Origin: Camelus dromedarius | Taxonomy: Eukaryota | DNA: 64,000 nucleotides | Direction: 5' to 3' | Assembly (NCBI RefSeq): GCF_036321535.1 | Contig: NC_087436.1 | Coordinates: forward strand, 620,001-684,000 | In this document: piece by piece, positions 12,001 to 27,400 of the stretch | Position numbering within the stretch: the stretch's first letter is position 1 | Layout of the letters: each line of letters opens with the position of its first letter | The notes under the pieces: model-generated | What the model saw: the letters and a program-made list of their open reading frames with translations, nothing else | Told to the model about the DNA's origin: nothing | The model's database searches: none | Program-made: the position numbers and the translations under genes

Positions 12001-15000
12001 ACTCTGTGTTCCCAACAAGCTAGGTGAAGGACGGCTTTCACACACACTTATCTCTCAGAACTGAGCAAGTGGAGAGACGTTCGTTCATCTAGCACCAAGG
12101 GAACGGGTTGAAGGAGACACTTTTTCTCTGCTTTCTCAGTCGGTTTCCTAGTGCCGGTTAGAAGTTCCTGCAGTTTTCACTGTCTAACCGAGTTGGAGCT
12201 AGTACTTCCCCATATATATGTATGGAATTGAGTTTGCAACTGAAAAGAAACTTTGTGTTCCCAACAAGCTAGGTGAAGTACGGCTTTCACACACAATTAT
12301 CTCTCAGAACTGAGCAAGTGGAGAGACGTTCGTTCATCTAGCACCAAGGGAACGGGTTGCAGGAGACAATTTTTCTCTGCTTCCTCAGTCTGTTTCCTAG
12401 TGCCGGTTTGAAGTTCCTGCAGTTTTCACTGTCAAACCGAGTTGGAGCTTCTAACTCCCCATATATATGTATGGAATGGAGTTTGCAACTGAAAAGAAAC
12501 TTTGTGTTCCCAACAAGCTAGGTGAAGGACGGCTTTCACACACACTTATCTCTCAGAACAGAGCAAGTGGAGAGACGTTCGTTCATCTAGCACCAAGGGA
12601 ACGGGTTGCAGGAGACACTTTTTCTCTGCTTTCTCAGTCTGCTTCCTAGTGCCGGTTTGAAGTTCCTGCAGTTTTCACTGTAAAACCGAGTTGGAGCTTC
12701 TACCTCCACATATATATGTATGGAATGGAGTTTGCAACTGAAAAGAAACTTTGTGTTCCCAACAAGCTAGTTGAAGGACGGCTTTCACACACACTTATCT
12801 CTCAGAACAGAGCAAGTGGAGAGACGTTCGTTCATCTAGCACCAAGGGAACGGGTTGCAGGAGACACTTTTTCTCTGCTTTCTCAGTCTGCTTCCTAGTG
12901 CCGGTTTGAAGTTCCTGCAGTTTTCACTGTCAAACCGATTTGGAGCTAGTACCTCCCCATATATATGTATGGAATGGAGTTTGCAACTGAAAAGAAACTT
13001 TGTGTTCCCAACAAGCTAGGTGAAGGACGGCTTTCACACACACTTATCTCTCAGAACTGAGCAAGTGGAGAGACGTTCGTTCATCTAGCACCAAGGGAAC
13101 GGGTTGCAGGAGACACTTTTTCTCTGCTTTATCAGTCTGTTTCCTAGTGCCGGTTTGAAGTTCCTGCAGTTTTCACTGTCAAACCGAGTTGGAGCTAGTA
13201 CCTCCCCATATATATGTATGGAATGGAGTTTGCAACTGAAAAGAAACTTTGTGTTCCCAACAAGCTAGGTGAAGGACGGCTTTCACACACACTTATCTCT
13301 CAGAACTGAGCAAGTGGAGAGACGTTCGTTCATCTAGCACCAAGGGAACGGGTTGCAGGAGACACTTTTTCTCTGCTTCCTCAGTCTGTTTCCTAGTGCC
13401 GGTTTGAAGTTCCTGCAGTTTTCACTGTAAAACCGTGTTGGAGCTTCTACCTCCTCATATATATGTATGGAATGGAGTTTGCAACTGAAAAGAAACTTTG
13501 TGTTCCCAAAAAGCAAGGTGAAGGACTGCTTTCACACACACTTATCTCTCAGAACTGAGCAAGTGGAGAGACGTTCGTTCATCTAGAACCAAGGGAACGG
13601 GTTGCAGGAGACACTTATTCTCTGCTTTCTCAGTCTGTTTCCTAGTGCCGGTTTGAAGTTCCTGCAGTTTTCACTGTAAAACCGAGTTGGAGCTTGTACC
13701 TCCCCATATATATGTATGGAATGGAGTTTGCAACTGAAAAGAAACTTTGTGTTCCCAACAAGCTAGGTGAAGGACGGCTTTCACACACACTTATCTCTCA
13801 GAACTGAGCAAGTGGAGAGACGTTCGTTCATCTAGCACCAAGGGATCGGGTTGCAGGAGACACTTTTTCTCTGCTTCTCAGTCTGTTTCCTAGTGCCGGT
13901 TTGAAGTTCCTGCAGTTTTCACTGTAAAACAGAGTTGGAGCTAGTACCTCCCCATATATATGTATGGAATGGAGTTTGCAACTGAAAAGAAACTTTGTGT
14001 TTTCAACAAGCTAGGTGAAGGACGGCTTTCACACACACTTATCTCTCAGAACTGAGCAAGTGGAGAGACGTTCGTTCATCTAGCACCAAGGGAACGGGTT
14101 GCAGGAGACACTTTTTCTCTGCTTTCTCAGTCTGTTTCCTAGTGCCGGTTTGAAGTTCCTGCAGTTTTCACTGTCAAACCGTGTTGGAGCTTGTACCACC
14201 CCATATATATGTATGGAATGGAGTTTGCAACTGAAAAGAAACTTTGTGTTCCCAACAAGCTAGGTGAAGGATGGCTTTCACACACAATTATCTCTCAGAA
14301 CAGAGCAAGTAGAGAGACGTTCGTTCATCTAGCACCTAGGGAACGGGTTGCAGGAGACACTTTTTCTCTGCTTTCTCAGTCTGTTACCTAGTGCCGGTTT
14401 GAAGTTCCTGCAGTTTTCACTGTCAAACCGAGTTGGAGCTAGTACCTCCCCATATATATGTATGGAATGGAGTTTGCAACTGAAAAGAAACTTTGTGTTC
14501 CCAACAAGCTAGGTGAAGGACGGCTTTCACACACACTTATCTCTCAGAACTGAGCAAGTGGAGAGACGTTCGTTCATCTAGCACCAAGGGAACGGGTTGC
14601 AGGGGACACTTTTTCTCTGCTTTCTCAGTCTGTTTCCTAGTGCCGGTTTGAAGTTCCTGCAGTTTTCACTGTAAAACTGAGTTGGAGCTTCTACCTCCCC
14701 ATATATATATATGGAATGGTGTTTGCAACTGAAAAGAAACTTTGTGTTCCCAACAAGCTAGGTGAAGTACGGCTTTCACACAAACTTATCTCTCAGAACA
14801 GAGCAAGTGGAGAGACGTTCGTTCATCTAGCACCAAGGGAACGGGTTGCAGGAGACACTTTTTCTCTGCTTTCTCAGTCTGTTTCCTAGTGCCGGTTTGA
14901 AGTTCCTGCAGTTTTCACTGTCAAACCGAGTTGGAGCTAGTACCTCCCCATATATATGTATGGAATGGAGTTTGCAACTGAAAAGAAACTTTGTGTTCCC

Positions 15001-18000
15001 AACAAGCTAGGTGAAGGACGGCTTTCACACACACTTATCTCTCAGAACTGAGCAAGTGGAGAGACGTTCGTTCATCTAGCACCAAGGGAACGGGTTGCAG
15101 GAGACACTTTTTCTCTGCTTTCTCAGTCTGTTTCCTAGTGCCGGTTTGAAGTTCCTGCAGTTTTCACTGTAAAACCAAGTTGGAGCTTCTACCTCCTCAT
15201 ATATATGTATGGAATGGAGTTTGCAACTGAAAAGAAACTTTGTGTTCCCAAAAAGCAAGGTGAAGGACTGCTTTCACACACACTTATCTCTCAGAACTGA
15301 GCAAGTGGAGAGACGTTCGTTCATCTAGAACCAAGGGAACGGGTTGCAGGAGACACTTATTCTCTGCTTTCTCAGTCTGTTTCCTAGTGCCGGTTTGAAG
15401 TTCCTGCAGTTTTCACTGTAAAACCGAGTTGGAGCTTTTACCTCCCCATATATATGTATGGAATGGAGTTTGCAACTGAAAAGAAACTTTGTGTTCCCAA
15501 CAAGCTAGGTGAAGGACGGCTTTCACACACACTTATCTCTCAGAACTGAGCAAGTGGAGAGACGTTCGTTCATCTAGCACCAAGGGAACGGGTTGCAGGG
15601 GACACTTTTTCTCTGCTATCTCAGTCTGTTTCCTAGTGCCGGTTTGAAGTTCCTGCAGTTTTCACTGTAAAACCGAGTTGGAGCTTCTACCACCCCATAT
15701 ATATGTATGGAATGGAGTTTGCAACTGAAAAGAAACTTTGTGTTCCCAACAAGCTAGGTGAAGGACGGCTTTCACACACACTTATCTCTCAGAACTGAGC
15801 AAGTGGAGAGACGTTCGTTCATCTAGCACCAAGGGAACGGGTTGAAGGAGACACTTTTTCTCTGCTTTCTCAGTCGGTTTCCTAGTGCCGGTTAGAAGTT
15901 CCTGCAGTTTTCACTGTCTAACCGAGTTGGAGCTAGTACTTCCCATATATATGTATGGAATTGAGTTTGCAACTGAAAAGAAACTTTGTGTTCCCAACAA
16001 GCTAGGTGAAGTACGGCTTTCACAGACAATTATCTCTCAGAACTGAGCAAGTGGAGAGACGTTCGTTCATCTAGCACCAAGGGAACGGGTTGCAGGAGAC
16101 ACTTTTTCTCTGCTTCCTCAGTCTGTTTCCTAGTGCCGGTTTGAAGTTCCTGCAGTTTTCACTGTCAAACCGAGTTGGAGCTTCTACCTCCCCATATATA
16201 TGTATGGAATGTAGTTTGCAACTGAAAAGAAACTTTGTGTTCCCAACAAGCTAGGTGAAGGACGGCTTTCACACACACTTATCTCTCAGAACTGAGCAAG
16301 TGGAGAGACGTTCGTTCATCTAGCACCAAGGGAACGGCTTGCAGGGGACACTTTTTCTCTGCTTTCTCAGTCTGTTTCCTAGTGCCGGTTTGAAGTTCCT
16401 GCAGTTTTCACTGTAAAACCGAGTTGGAGCTTCTACCTCCACATATATATGTATGGAATGGAGTTTGCAACTGAAAAGAAACTTTGTGTTCCCAACAAGC
16501 TAGTTGAAGGACGGCTTTCACACACACTTATCTCTCAGAACAGAGCAAGTGGAGAGACGTTCGTTCATCTAGCACCAAGGGAACGGGTTGCAGGGGACAC
16601 TTTTTCTCTGCGATCTCAGTCTGTTTCCTAGTGCCGGTTTGAAGTTCCTGCAGTTTTCACTGTAAAACCGAGTTGGAGCTTCTACCACCCCATATATATG
16701 TATGGAATGGAGTTTGCAACTGAAAAGAAACTCTGTGTTCCCAACAAGCTAGGTGAAGGACGGCTTTCACACACACTTATCTCTCAGAACTGAGCAAGTG
16801 GAGAGACGTTCGTTCATCTAGCACCAAGGGAACGGGTTGAAGGAGACACTTTTTCTCTGCTTTCTCAGTCGGTTTCCTAGTGCCGGTTAGAAGTTCCTGC
16901 AGTTTTCACTGTCTAACCGAGTTGGAGCTAGTACTTCCCCATATATATGTATGGAATTGAGTTTGCAACTGAAAAGAAACTTTGTGTTCCCAACAAGCTA
17001 GGTGAAGTACGGCTTTCACACACAATTATCTCTCAGAACTGAGCAAGTGGAGAGACGTTCGTTCATCTAGCACCAAGGGAACGGGTTGCAGGAGACAATT
17101 TTTCTCTGCTTCCTCAGTCTGTTTCCTAGTGCCGGTTTGAAGTTCCTGCAGTTTTCACTGTCAAACCGAGTTGGAGCTTCTAACTCCCCATATATATGTA
17201 TGGAATGGAGTTTGCAACTGAAAAGAAACTTTGTGTTCCCAACAAGCTAGGTGAAGGACGGCTTTCACACACACTTATCTCTCAGAACTGAGCAAGTGGA
17301 GAGACGTTCGTTCATCTAGCACCAAGGGAACGGCTTGCAGGGGACACTTTTTCTCTGCTTTCTCAGTCTGTTTCCTAGTTTCGGTTTGAAGTTCCTGCAG
17401 TTTTCACTGTAAAACCGAGTTGGAGCTTCTACCTCCACATATATATGTATGGAATGGAGTTTGCAACTGAAAAGAAACTTTGTGTTCCCAACAAGCTAGT
17501 TGAAGGACGGCTTTCACACACACTTATCTCTCAGAACAGAGCAAGTGGAGAGACGTTCGTTCATCTAGCACCAAGGGAACGGGTTGCAGGAGACACTTTT
17601 TCTCTGCTTTCTCAGTCTGTTTCCTAGTGCCGGTTTGAAGTTCCTGCAGTTTTCACTGTCAAACCGATTTGGAGCTAGTACCTCCCCATATATATGTATG
17701 GAATAGAGTTTGCAACTGAAAAGAAACTTTGTGTTCCCAACAAGCAAGGTGAAGGACGGCTTTCACACACACATATCTCTCAGAACTGAGCAAGTGGAGA
17801 GACGTTCGTTCATCTAGCACCAAGGGAACGGGTTGCAGGAGACACTTTTTCCCTGCTTCCTCAGTCTGTTTCCTAGTGCCGGTTTGAAGTTCCTGCAGTT
17901 TTCACTGTCAAACCGAGTTGGAGCTAGTACCTCCCCATATATATGTATGGAATGGAGTTTGCAACTGAAAAGAAACTTTGTGTTCCCAACAAGCTAGGTG

Positions 18001-21000
18001 AAGGACTGCTTTCACACACACTTATCTCTCAGAACTGAGCAAGTGGAGAGACGTTCGTTCATCTAGCACCAGGGAACGGGTTGCAGGAGACACTTTTTCT
18101 CTGCTTCCTCAGTCTGTTTCCTAGTGCCGGTTTGAAGTTCCTGCAGTTTTCACTGTAAAACCGAGTTGGAGCTTGTACCTCCCCATATATATGTATGGAA
18201 TGGAGTTTGCAACTGAAAAGAAACTTTGTGTTCCCAACAAGCTAGGTGAAGGACGGCTTTCACACACACTTATCTCTCAGAACTGAGCAAGTGGAGAGAC
18301 GTTCGTTCATCTAGCACCAAGGGAACGGGTTGCAGGGGACACTTTTTCTCTGCTTTCTCAGTCTGTTTCCTAGTGCCGGTTTGAAGTTCCTGCAGTTTTC
18401 ACTGTAAAACCGAGTTGGAGCTTCTACCTCCCCATATATATATATGGAATGGAGTTTGCAACTGAAAAGAAACTTTGTGTTCCCAACAAGCTAGGTGAAG
18501 TACGGCTTTCACACACACTTATCTCTCAGAACAGAGCAAGTGGAGAGACGTTCGTTCATCTAGCACCAAGGGAACGGGTTGCAGGAGACACTTTTTCTCT
18601 GCTTTATCAGTCTGTTTCCTAGTGCCGGTTTGAAGTTCCTGCAGTTTTCACTGTCAAACCGAGTTGGAGCTAGTACCTCCCCATATATATGTATGGAATG
18701 GAGTTGGCAACTGAAAAGAAACTTTGTGTTCCCAACAAGCTAGGTGAAGGACGGCTTTCACACACACTTATCTCTCAGAACTGAGCAAGTGGAGAGACGT
18801 TCGTTCATCTAGCACCAAGGGAACGGGTTGCAGGAGACACTTTTTCTCTGCTTCCTCAGTCTGTTTCCTAGTGCCGGTTTGAAGTTCCTGCAGTTTTCAC
18901 TGTAAAACCGAGTTGGAGCTTCTACCTCCTCATATATATGTATGGAATGGAGTTTGCAACTGAAAAGAAACTTTGTGTTCCCAAAAAGCAAGGTGAAGGA
19001 CTGCTTTCACACACACTTATCTCTCAGAACTGAGCAAGTGGAGAGACGTTCGTTCATCTAGCACCAAGGGAACGGGTTGCAGGAGACACTTTTTCTCTGC
19101 TTCTCAGTCTGTTTCCTAGTGCCGGTTTGAAGTTCCTGCAGTTTTCACTGTAAAACCGAGTTGGAGCTAGTACCTCCCCATATATATGTATGGAATGGAG
19201 TTTGCAACTGAAAAGAAACTTTGTGTTCCCAACAAGCTAGTTGAAGGACGGCTTTCACACACACATATCTCTCAGAACTGAGCAAGTGGAGAGACGTTCG
19301 TTCATCTAGCACCAAGGGAACGGGTTGCAGGAGACACTTTTTCCCTGCTTCCTCAGTCTGTTTCCTAGTGCCGGTTTGAAGTTCCTGCAGTTTTCACTGT
19401 AAAACCGAGTTGGAGCTTGTACCTCCCCATATATATGTATGGAATGGTGTTTGCTACTGAAAAGAAACTTTGTGTTCCCAACAAGCTAGGTGAAGGACGG
19501 CTTTCACACACATTATCTCTCAGAACTGAGCAAGTGGAGAGACGTTCGTTCATCTAGCACCAAGGGAACGGGTTGCAGGGGACACTTTTTCTCTGCTTTC
19601 TCAGTCTGTTTCCTAGTGCCGGTTTGAAGTTCCTGCAGTTTTCACTGTAAAACCGAGTTGGAGCTTCTACCTCCCCATATATATGTATGGAATGGAGTTT
19701 GCAACTGAAAAGAAACTCTGTGTTCCCAACAAGCTAGGTGAAGGACGGCTTTCACACACATTTATCTCTCAGAACAGAGCAAGTGGAGAGACGTTCGTTC
19801 ATCTAGCACCAAGGGAACGGGTTGCAGGAGACACTTTTTCTCTGCTTCCTCAGTCTGTTTCCTAGTGCCGGTTTGAAGTTCCTGCAGTTATCACTGTAAA
19901 ACAGAGTTGGAGCTTGTACCTCCCCATATATACGTATGGAATGGAGTTTGCAACTGAAAAGAAACTTTGTGTTCCCAACAAGCTAGGTGAAGGACGGCTT
20001 TCACACACACTTATCTCTCAGAACTGAGCAAGTGGAGAGACGTTCGTTCATCTAGCACCAAGGGAACGGGTTGCAGGAGACACTTTTTATCTGCTTTCTC
20101 AGTCTGTTTCCTAGTGCCGGTTTGAAGTTCCTGCAGTTTTCACTGTCAATCCGAGTTGGAGCTAGTACCTCCCCGTATATATGTATGGAATGGAGTTTGC
20201 AACTGAAAAGAAACTTTGTGTTCCCAACAAGCTAGGTGAAGGACGGCATTCACACACACTTATCTCTCAGAACTGAGCAAGTGGAGAGACGTTCGTTCAT
20301 CTAGCACCAAGTGAACGGGTTGCAGGAGACACTTTTTCTCTGCTTTCTCAGTCTGTTTCCTAGTGCCGGTTTGAAGTTCCTGCAGTTTTCACTGTCAAAC
20401 CGAGTTGGAGCTAGTACCTCCCATATATATGTATGGAATGGAGTTTGCAACTGAAAAGAAACTTTGTGTTCCCAACAAGCTAGGTGAAGGACGGCTTTCA
20501 CACACACTTATCTCTCAGAACTGAGCAAGTGGAGAGACGTTCGTTCATGTAGCACCAAGGGAACGGGTTGCAGGAGACACATTTTCTCTGCTTTCTCAGT
20601 CTGTTTCCTAGTGCCGATTTGAAGTTCCTGCAGTTTTCACTGTAAAACCGAGTTGGAGCTAGTACCTCCCCATATATATGTATGGAATGGAGTTTGCAAC
20701 TGAAAAGAAACTTTGTGTTCCCAACAAGCTAGGTGAAGGACGGCTTTCACACACACTTATCTCCCAGAACTGAGCAAGTGGAGAGACGTTCGTTCATCTA
20801 GCACCAAGGGAACGGGTTGCAGGAGACACTTTTTCTCTGCTTTCTCTGTCTGTTTACTAGTGCCGGTATGAAGTTCCTGCAGTTTTCACTGTAAAACCGA
20901 GTTGGAGCTTGTACCTCCCCATATATATGTATGGAATGGAGTTTGCAACTGAAAAGAAACTTTGTGTTCCCAACAAGCTAGGTGAAGGACGGCTTTCACA

Positions 21001-24000
21001 CACACTTATCTCTCAGAACTGAGCAAGTGGAGAGACGTTCGTTCATCTAGCACCAAGGGAACGGGTTGCAGGGGACACTTTTTCTCTGCTTTCTCAGTCT
21101 GTTTCCTAGTGCCGGTTTGAAGTTCCTGCAGTTTTCACTGTCAAACCGAGTTGGAGCTTCTACCTCCCCATATATATGTATGGAATGGAGTTTGCAACTG
21201 AAAAGAAACTGTGTTCCCAACAAGCTAGGTGAAGGACGGCTTTCACACGCACATATCTCTCAGAACTGAGCAAGTGGAGAGACTTTCGTTCATCTAGCAC
21301 CAAGGGAACGGGTTGCAGGAGACACTTTTTCTCTGCTTCCTCAGTCTGTTTCCTAGTGCCGGTTAGAATTTCCTGCAGTTTTCACTGTAAAACCGAGTTG
21401 GAGCTTGTACCTCCCCATATATATGTATGGAATGGAGTTTGCAACTGTAAAGAAACTTTGTGTTCCCAACAAGCTAGGTGAAGGACGGCTTTCACACGCA
21501 CATATCTCTCAGAACTGAGCAAGTGGAGAGACGTTCGTTCATCTAACACCAAGGGAACGGGTTGCAGGAGACACTTTTTCTCTGCTTCCTCAGTCTGTTT
21601 CCTAGTGCCGGTTTGAAGTTCCTGCAGTTTTCACTGTCAAACAGAGTTGGAGCTTCTACCTACCAATATATATGTATGGAATGGAGTTTGCAACTGAAAA
21701 GAAACTTTGTGTTCCCAACAAGCTAGGTGAAGGACGGCTTTCACACGCACTTATCTCTCAGAACTGAGCAAGTGGAGAGACGATCGTGCATCTAGCACCA
21801 AGGGAACGGGTTACAGGAGACACTTTTTCTCTGCTTTCTCAGTCTGTTTCCTAGTGCCGGTTTGAAGTTCCTGCAGTTTTCACTGTAAAACGGAGTTGGA
21901 GTTTCTACCTCCCCATATATATGTATGGAATGAAGTTTGCAACTGAAAAGAAACTTTGTGTTCCCAACAAGCTAGGTGAAGGACGGCTTTCACACACCCT
22001 TATCTCTCAGAACTGAGCAAGTGGAGAGACTTTCGTTCATCTAGCACCAAGGGAACGGGTTGCAGGAGACACTTATTCTCTGCTTTCTCAGTTTGTTTCC
22101 TAGTGCCGGTTTGAAGTTCCTGCAGTTTTCACTGTAAAACCGAGTTGGAGCTAGTACCTCCCCATATATATGTATGGAATGGAGTTTGCAACTGAAAAGA
22201 AACTTTGTGTTCCCAACAAGCTAGGTGAAGGACGGCTTTCACACACACTTATCTCTCAGAACTGAGCAAGTGGAGAGACGTTCGTTCATCTAGCACCAAG
22301 GGAACGGGTTGCAGGAGACACTTTTTCTCTGCTTTCTCAGTCTGTTTCCTAGTGCCGGTTTGAAGTTCCTGAAGTATTCACTGTCAAACCGAGTTGGAGC
22401 TTGTACCTCCCCATATATATGTATGGAATGGAGTTTGCAACTGAAAAGAAACTTTGTGTTCCCAACAAGCTAGGTGAAGGACGGCTTTCACACACACATA
22501 TCTCTCAGAACTGAGCAAGTGGAGAGACGTTCGTTCATGTAGCACAAAGGGAACGGGTTGCAGGAGACACTTTTTCTCTGCTTTCTCAGTCTGTTTCCTA
22601 GTGCCGGTTTCAGGTTCCTGCAGTTTTCACTCTCATACCGATTTGGAGCTAGTACCTCCCAATATATATGTATGGAATTGAGTTGGCAACTGAAAAGAAA
22701 CTTTGTGTTCCCAACAAGATAGTTGAAGGACGGCTTTCACACACACTTATCTCTCAGAACTGAGCAAGTGGAGAGACGTTCTTTCATGTAGCACCAAGGG
22801 AACGGGTTGCAGGAGACACTTTTTCTCTGCTTCCTCAGTCTGTTTCCTAGTGCCGGTTTGAAGTTCCTGCAGTTTTCACTGTCAATCCGAGTTGGAGCTA
22901 GTACCTCCCCGTATATATGTATGGAATGGAGTTTGCAACTGAAAAGAAACTTTGTGTTCCCAACAAGCTAGGTGAAGGACGGCATTCACACACACTTATC
23001 TCTCAGAACTGAGCAAGTGGAGAGACGTTCGTTCATCTAGCACCAAGTGAACGGGTTGCAGGAGACACTTTTTCTCTGCTTTCTCAGTCTGTTTCCTAGT
23101 GCCGGTTAGAATTTCCTGCAGTTTTCACTGTAAAACCGAGTTGGAGCTTGTACCTCCCCATATATATGTATGGAATGGAGTTTGCAACTGTAAAGAAACT
23201 TTGTGTTCCCAACAAGCTAGGTGAAGGACGGCTTTCACACGCACATATCTCTCAGAACTGAGCAAGTGGAGAGACGTTCGTTCATCTAACACCAAGGGAA
23301 CGGGTTGCAGGAGAAACTTTTTCTCTGCTTCCTCAGTCTGTTTCCTAGTGCCGGTTTGAAGTTCCTGCAGTTTTCACTGTCAAACCGAGTTGGAGCTTCT
23401 ACCTACCAATATATATGTATGGAATGGAGTTTGCAACTGAAAAGAAACTTTGTGTTCCCAACAAGCTAGGTGAAGGACGGCTTTCACACGCACTTATCTC
23501 TCAGAACTGAGCAAGTGGAGAGACGATCGTTCATCTAGCACCAAGGGAACGGGTTACAGGAGACACTTTTTCTCTGCTTTCTCAGTCTGTTTCCTAGTGC
23601 CGGTTTGAAGTTCCTGCAGTTTTCACTGTAAAACGGAGTTGGAGTTTCTACCTCCCCATATATATGTATGGAATGAAGTTTGCAACTGAAAAGAAACTTT
23701 GTGTTCCCAACAAGCTAGGTGAAGGACGGCTTTCACACACCCTTATCTCTCAGAACTGAGCAAGTGGAGAGACTTTCGTTCATCTAGCACCAAGGGAACG
23801 GGTTGCAGGAGACAATTTTTCTCTGCTTTCTCAGTCTGTTTCCTAGTGCCGGTTTGAAGTTCCTGCAGTTTTCACTGTCAAACGGAGTTGGAGCTAGTAC
23901 CTCCCCTTTATATATGTATGGAATGGAGTTTGCAACTGAAAAGAAACTTTGTGTTCCCAACAAGCTAGGTGAAGAACGGCTTTCACACACACTTATCTCT

Positions 24001-24449
24001 CAGAACTGAGCAAGTGGAGAGACGTTCGTTCATCTAGCACCAAGGGAACGGGTTGCAGGAGACACTTTTTCTCTGCTTCCTCAGTCTGTTTCCTAGTGCC
24101 GGTTTGAAGTTCCTGCAGTTTTCACTGTCAAACCGAGTTGGAGCTTGTACCTCCCCATATATATGTATGGAATGGAGTTTGCAACTGAAAAGAAACTTTG
24201 TGTTCCCAACAAGCTAGGTGAAGGACGGCTTTCACACACACTTATCTCTCAGAACAGAGCAAGTGGAGAGACGTTCGTTCATCTAGCACCAAGGGAACGG
24301 GTTGCAGGAGACACTTTTTCTCTGCTTTCTCAGTCTGTTTCCTAGTGCCGGTTTGAAGTTCCTGCAGTTTTCACTGTAAAACCGAGTTGGAGCTAGTACC
24401 TCCCCATATATATGTATGGAATGGAGTTTGCAACTGAAAAGAAACTTTG

Positions 24450-27400
24450 TGTTCCCAACAAGCTAGGTGAAGGACGGCTTTCACACACACTTATCTCTCA
24501 GAACTGAGCAAGTGGAGAGACGTTCGTTCATCTAGCACCAAGGGAACGGGTTGCAGGAGACACTTTTTCTCTGCTTTCTCAGTCTGTTTCCTAGTGCCGG
24601 TTTGAAGTTCCTGAAGTATTCACTGTCAAACCGAGTTGGAGCTTGTACCTCCCCATATATATGTATGGAATGGAGTTTGCAACTGAAAAGAAACTTTGTG
24701 TTCCCAACAAGCTAGGTGAAGGACGGCTTTCACACACACATATCTCTCAGAACTGAGCAAGTGGAGAGACGTTCGTTCATGTAGCACAAAGGGAACGGGT
24801 TGCAGGAGACACTTTTTCTCTGCTTTCTCAGTCTGTTTCCTAGTGCCGGTTTCAGGTTCCTGCAGTTTTCACTCTCATACCGATTTGGAGCTAGTACCTC
24901 CCAATATATATGTATGGAATTGAGTTGGCAACTGAAAAGAAACTTTGTGTTCCCAACAAGATTGGTGAAGAGCGGCTTTCACACACACTTATCTCTCAGA
25001 ACTGAGCAAGTGGAGAGACGTTCGTTCATCCAGCACCAAGGGAACGGGTTGCAGGAGACACTTTTTCTCTGCTTTCTCAGTCTGTTTCCTAGTGCCGGTT
25101 TCAAGTTCCTGCAGTTATCACTGTAAAACCGAGTTGGAGCTTGTACCTCCCCATATATATGTATATAATGGAGTTTGCAACTGAAAAGAAACTTTGTGTT
25201 CCCAACAAGCTAGGTGAAGGACGGCTTTCACACACACTTATCTCTCAGAACTGAGCAAGTGGAGAGACGTTCGTTCATCTAGCACCAAGGGAACGGGTTG
25301 CAGGAGACACTTTTTCTCTGTTTTCTCAGTCTGTTTCCTAGTGCCGGTTTGAAGTTCCTGCAGTTTTCACTGTGAAACCCAGTTGGAGCTTCTACCTCCC
25401 CATATATATGTATGGAATGGAGTTTGCAACTGAAAAGAAACTTTGTGTTCCCAACAAGCAAGGTGAAGGACGGCTTTCACACACACTTATCTCTCAGAAC
25501 TGAGCAAGTGGAGAGACGTTCGTTCATCTAGCACCAAGGAAACGGGTTGCAGGAGACACTTTTTCTCTGCTTTCCCAGTCTGTTTCCTAGTGCCGGTTTG
25601 AAGTTCCTGCAGTTTTCACTGTCAAACCGAGTTGGAGCTAGTACCTCCCCATATATATGTATGGAATGGAGTTTGCAACTGAAAAGAAACTTTGTGTTCC
25701 CAACAAGCTAGGTGAAGGACGGCTTTCACACACACTTATCTCTCAGAACAGAGCAAGTGGAGAGACGTTCTTTCATGTAGCACCAAGGGAACGGGTTGCA
25801 GTAGACACTTTTTCTCTGCTTCCTCAGTCTGTTTCCTAGTGCCGGTTTGAAGTTCCTGCAGTTTTCACTGTAAAACCGAGTTGGAGCTTGTACCTCCCCA
25901 TATATATGTATGGAATGGAGTTTGCAACTGAAAACAAACTTTGTGTTCCCAACAAGCAAGGTGAAGGACGGCTTTCACACACACTTATCTCTCAGAACTG
26001 AGCAAGTGGAGAGACGTTCGTTCATCTAGCACCAAGGGAACGGGTTGCAGGAGACACTTTTTCTCTGTTTTCTCAGTCTGTTTCCTAGTGCCGGTTTGAA
26101 GTTCCTGCAGTTTTCACTGTGAAACCCAGTTGGAGCTTCTACCTCCCCATATATATGTATGGAATGGAGTTTGCAACTGAAAAGAAACTTTGTGTTCCCA
26201 ACAAGCAAGGTGAAGGACGGCTTTCACACACACTTATCTCTCAGAACTGAGCAAGTGGAGAGACGTTCGTTCTTCTAGCACCAAGGGAACGGGTTGCAGG
26301 AGACACTTTTTCTCTGCTTTCTCAGTCTGTTTCCTAGTGCCGGTTTGAAGTTCCTGCAGTTTTCACTGTCAAACCGAGTTGGAGCTAGTACCTCCCCATA
26401 TATATGTAAGGAATGGAGTTTGCAACTGAAAAGAAACTTTGTGTTCCCAACAAGCTAGGTGAAGGACGGCTTTCACACACACTTATCTCTCAGAACAGAG
26501 CAAGTGGAGAGACGTTCGTTCATCTAGCACCAAGGGAACGGGTTGCAGGAGACACTTTTTCTCTGCTTTCTCAGTCTGTTTCCTAGTGCCGGTTTGAAGT
26601 TCCTGAAGTATTCACTGTCAAACCGAGTTGGAGCTTGTACCTCCCCATATATATGTATGGAATGGAGTTTGCAACTGAAAAGAAACTTTGTGTTCCCAAC
26701 AAGCTAGGTGAAGGACGGCTTTCACACACACATATCTCTCAGAACTGAGCAAGTGGAGAGACGTTCGTTCATGTAGCACAAAGGGAACGGGTTGCAGGAG
26801 ACACTTTTTCTCTGCTTTCTCAGTCTGTTTCCTAGTGCCGGTTTCAGGTTCCTGCAGTTTTCACTCTCATACCGATTTGGAGCTAGTACCTCCCAATATA
26901 TATGTATGGAATTGAGTTGGCAACTGAAAAGAAACTTTGTGTTCCCAACAAGATTGGTGAAGAGCGGCTTTCACACACACTTATCTCTCAGAACTGAGCA
27001 AGTGGAGAGACGTTCGTTCATCCAGCACCAAGGGAACGGGTTGCAGGAGACACTTTTTCTCTGCTTTCTCAGTCTGTTTCCTAGTGCCGGTTTCAAGTTC
27101 CTGCAGTTATCACTGTAAAACCGAGTTGGAGCTTGTACCTCCCCATATATATGTATATAATGGAGTTTGCAACTGAAAAGAAACTTTGTGTTCCCAACAA
27201 GCTAGGTGAAGGACGGCTTTCACACACACTTATCTCTCAGAACTGAGCAAGTGGAGAGACGTTCGTTCATCTAGCACCAAGGGAACGGGTTGCAGGAGAC
27301 ACTTTTTCTCTGTTTTCTCAGTCTGTTTCCTAGTGCCGGTTTGAAGTTCCTGCAGTTTTCACTGTGAAACCCAGTTGGAGCTTCTACCTCCCCATATATA

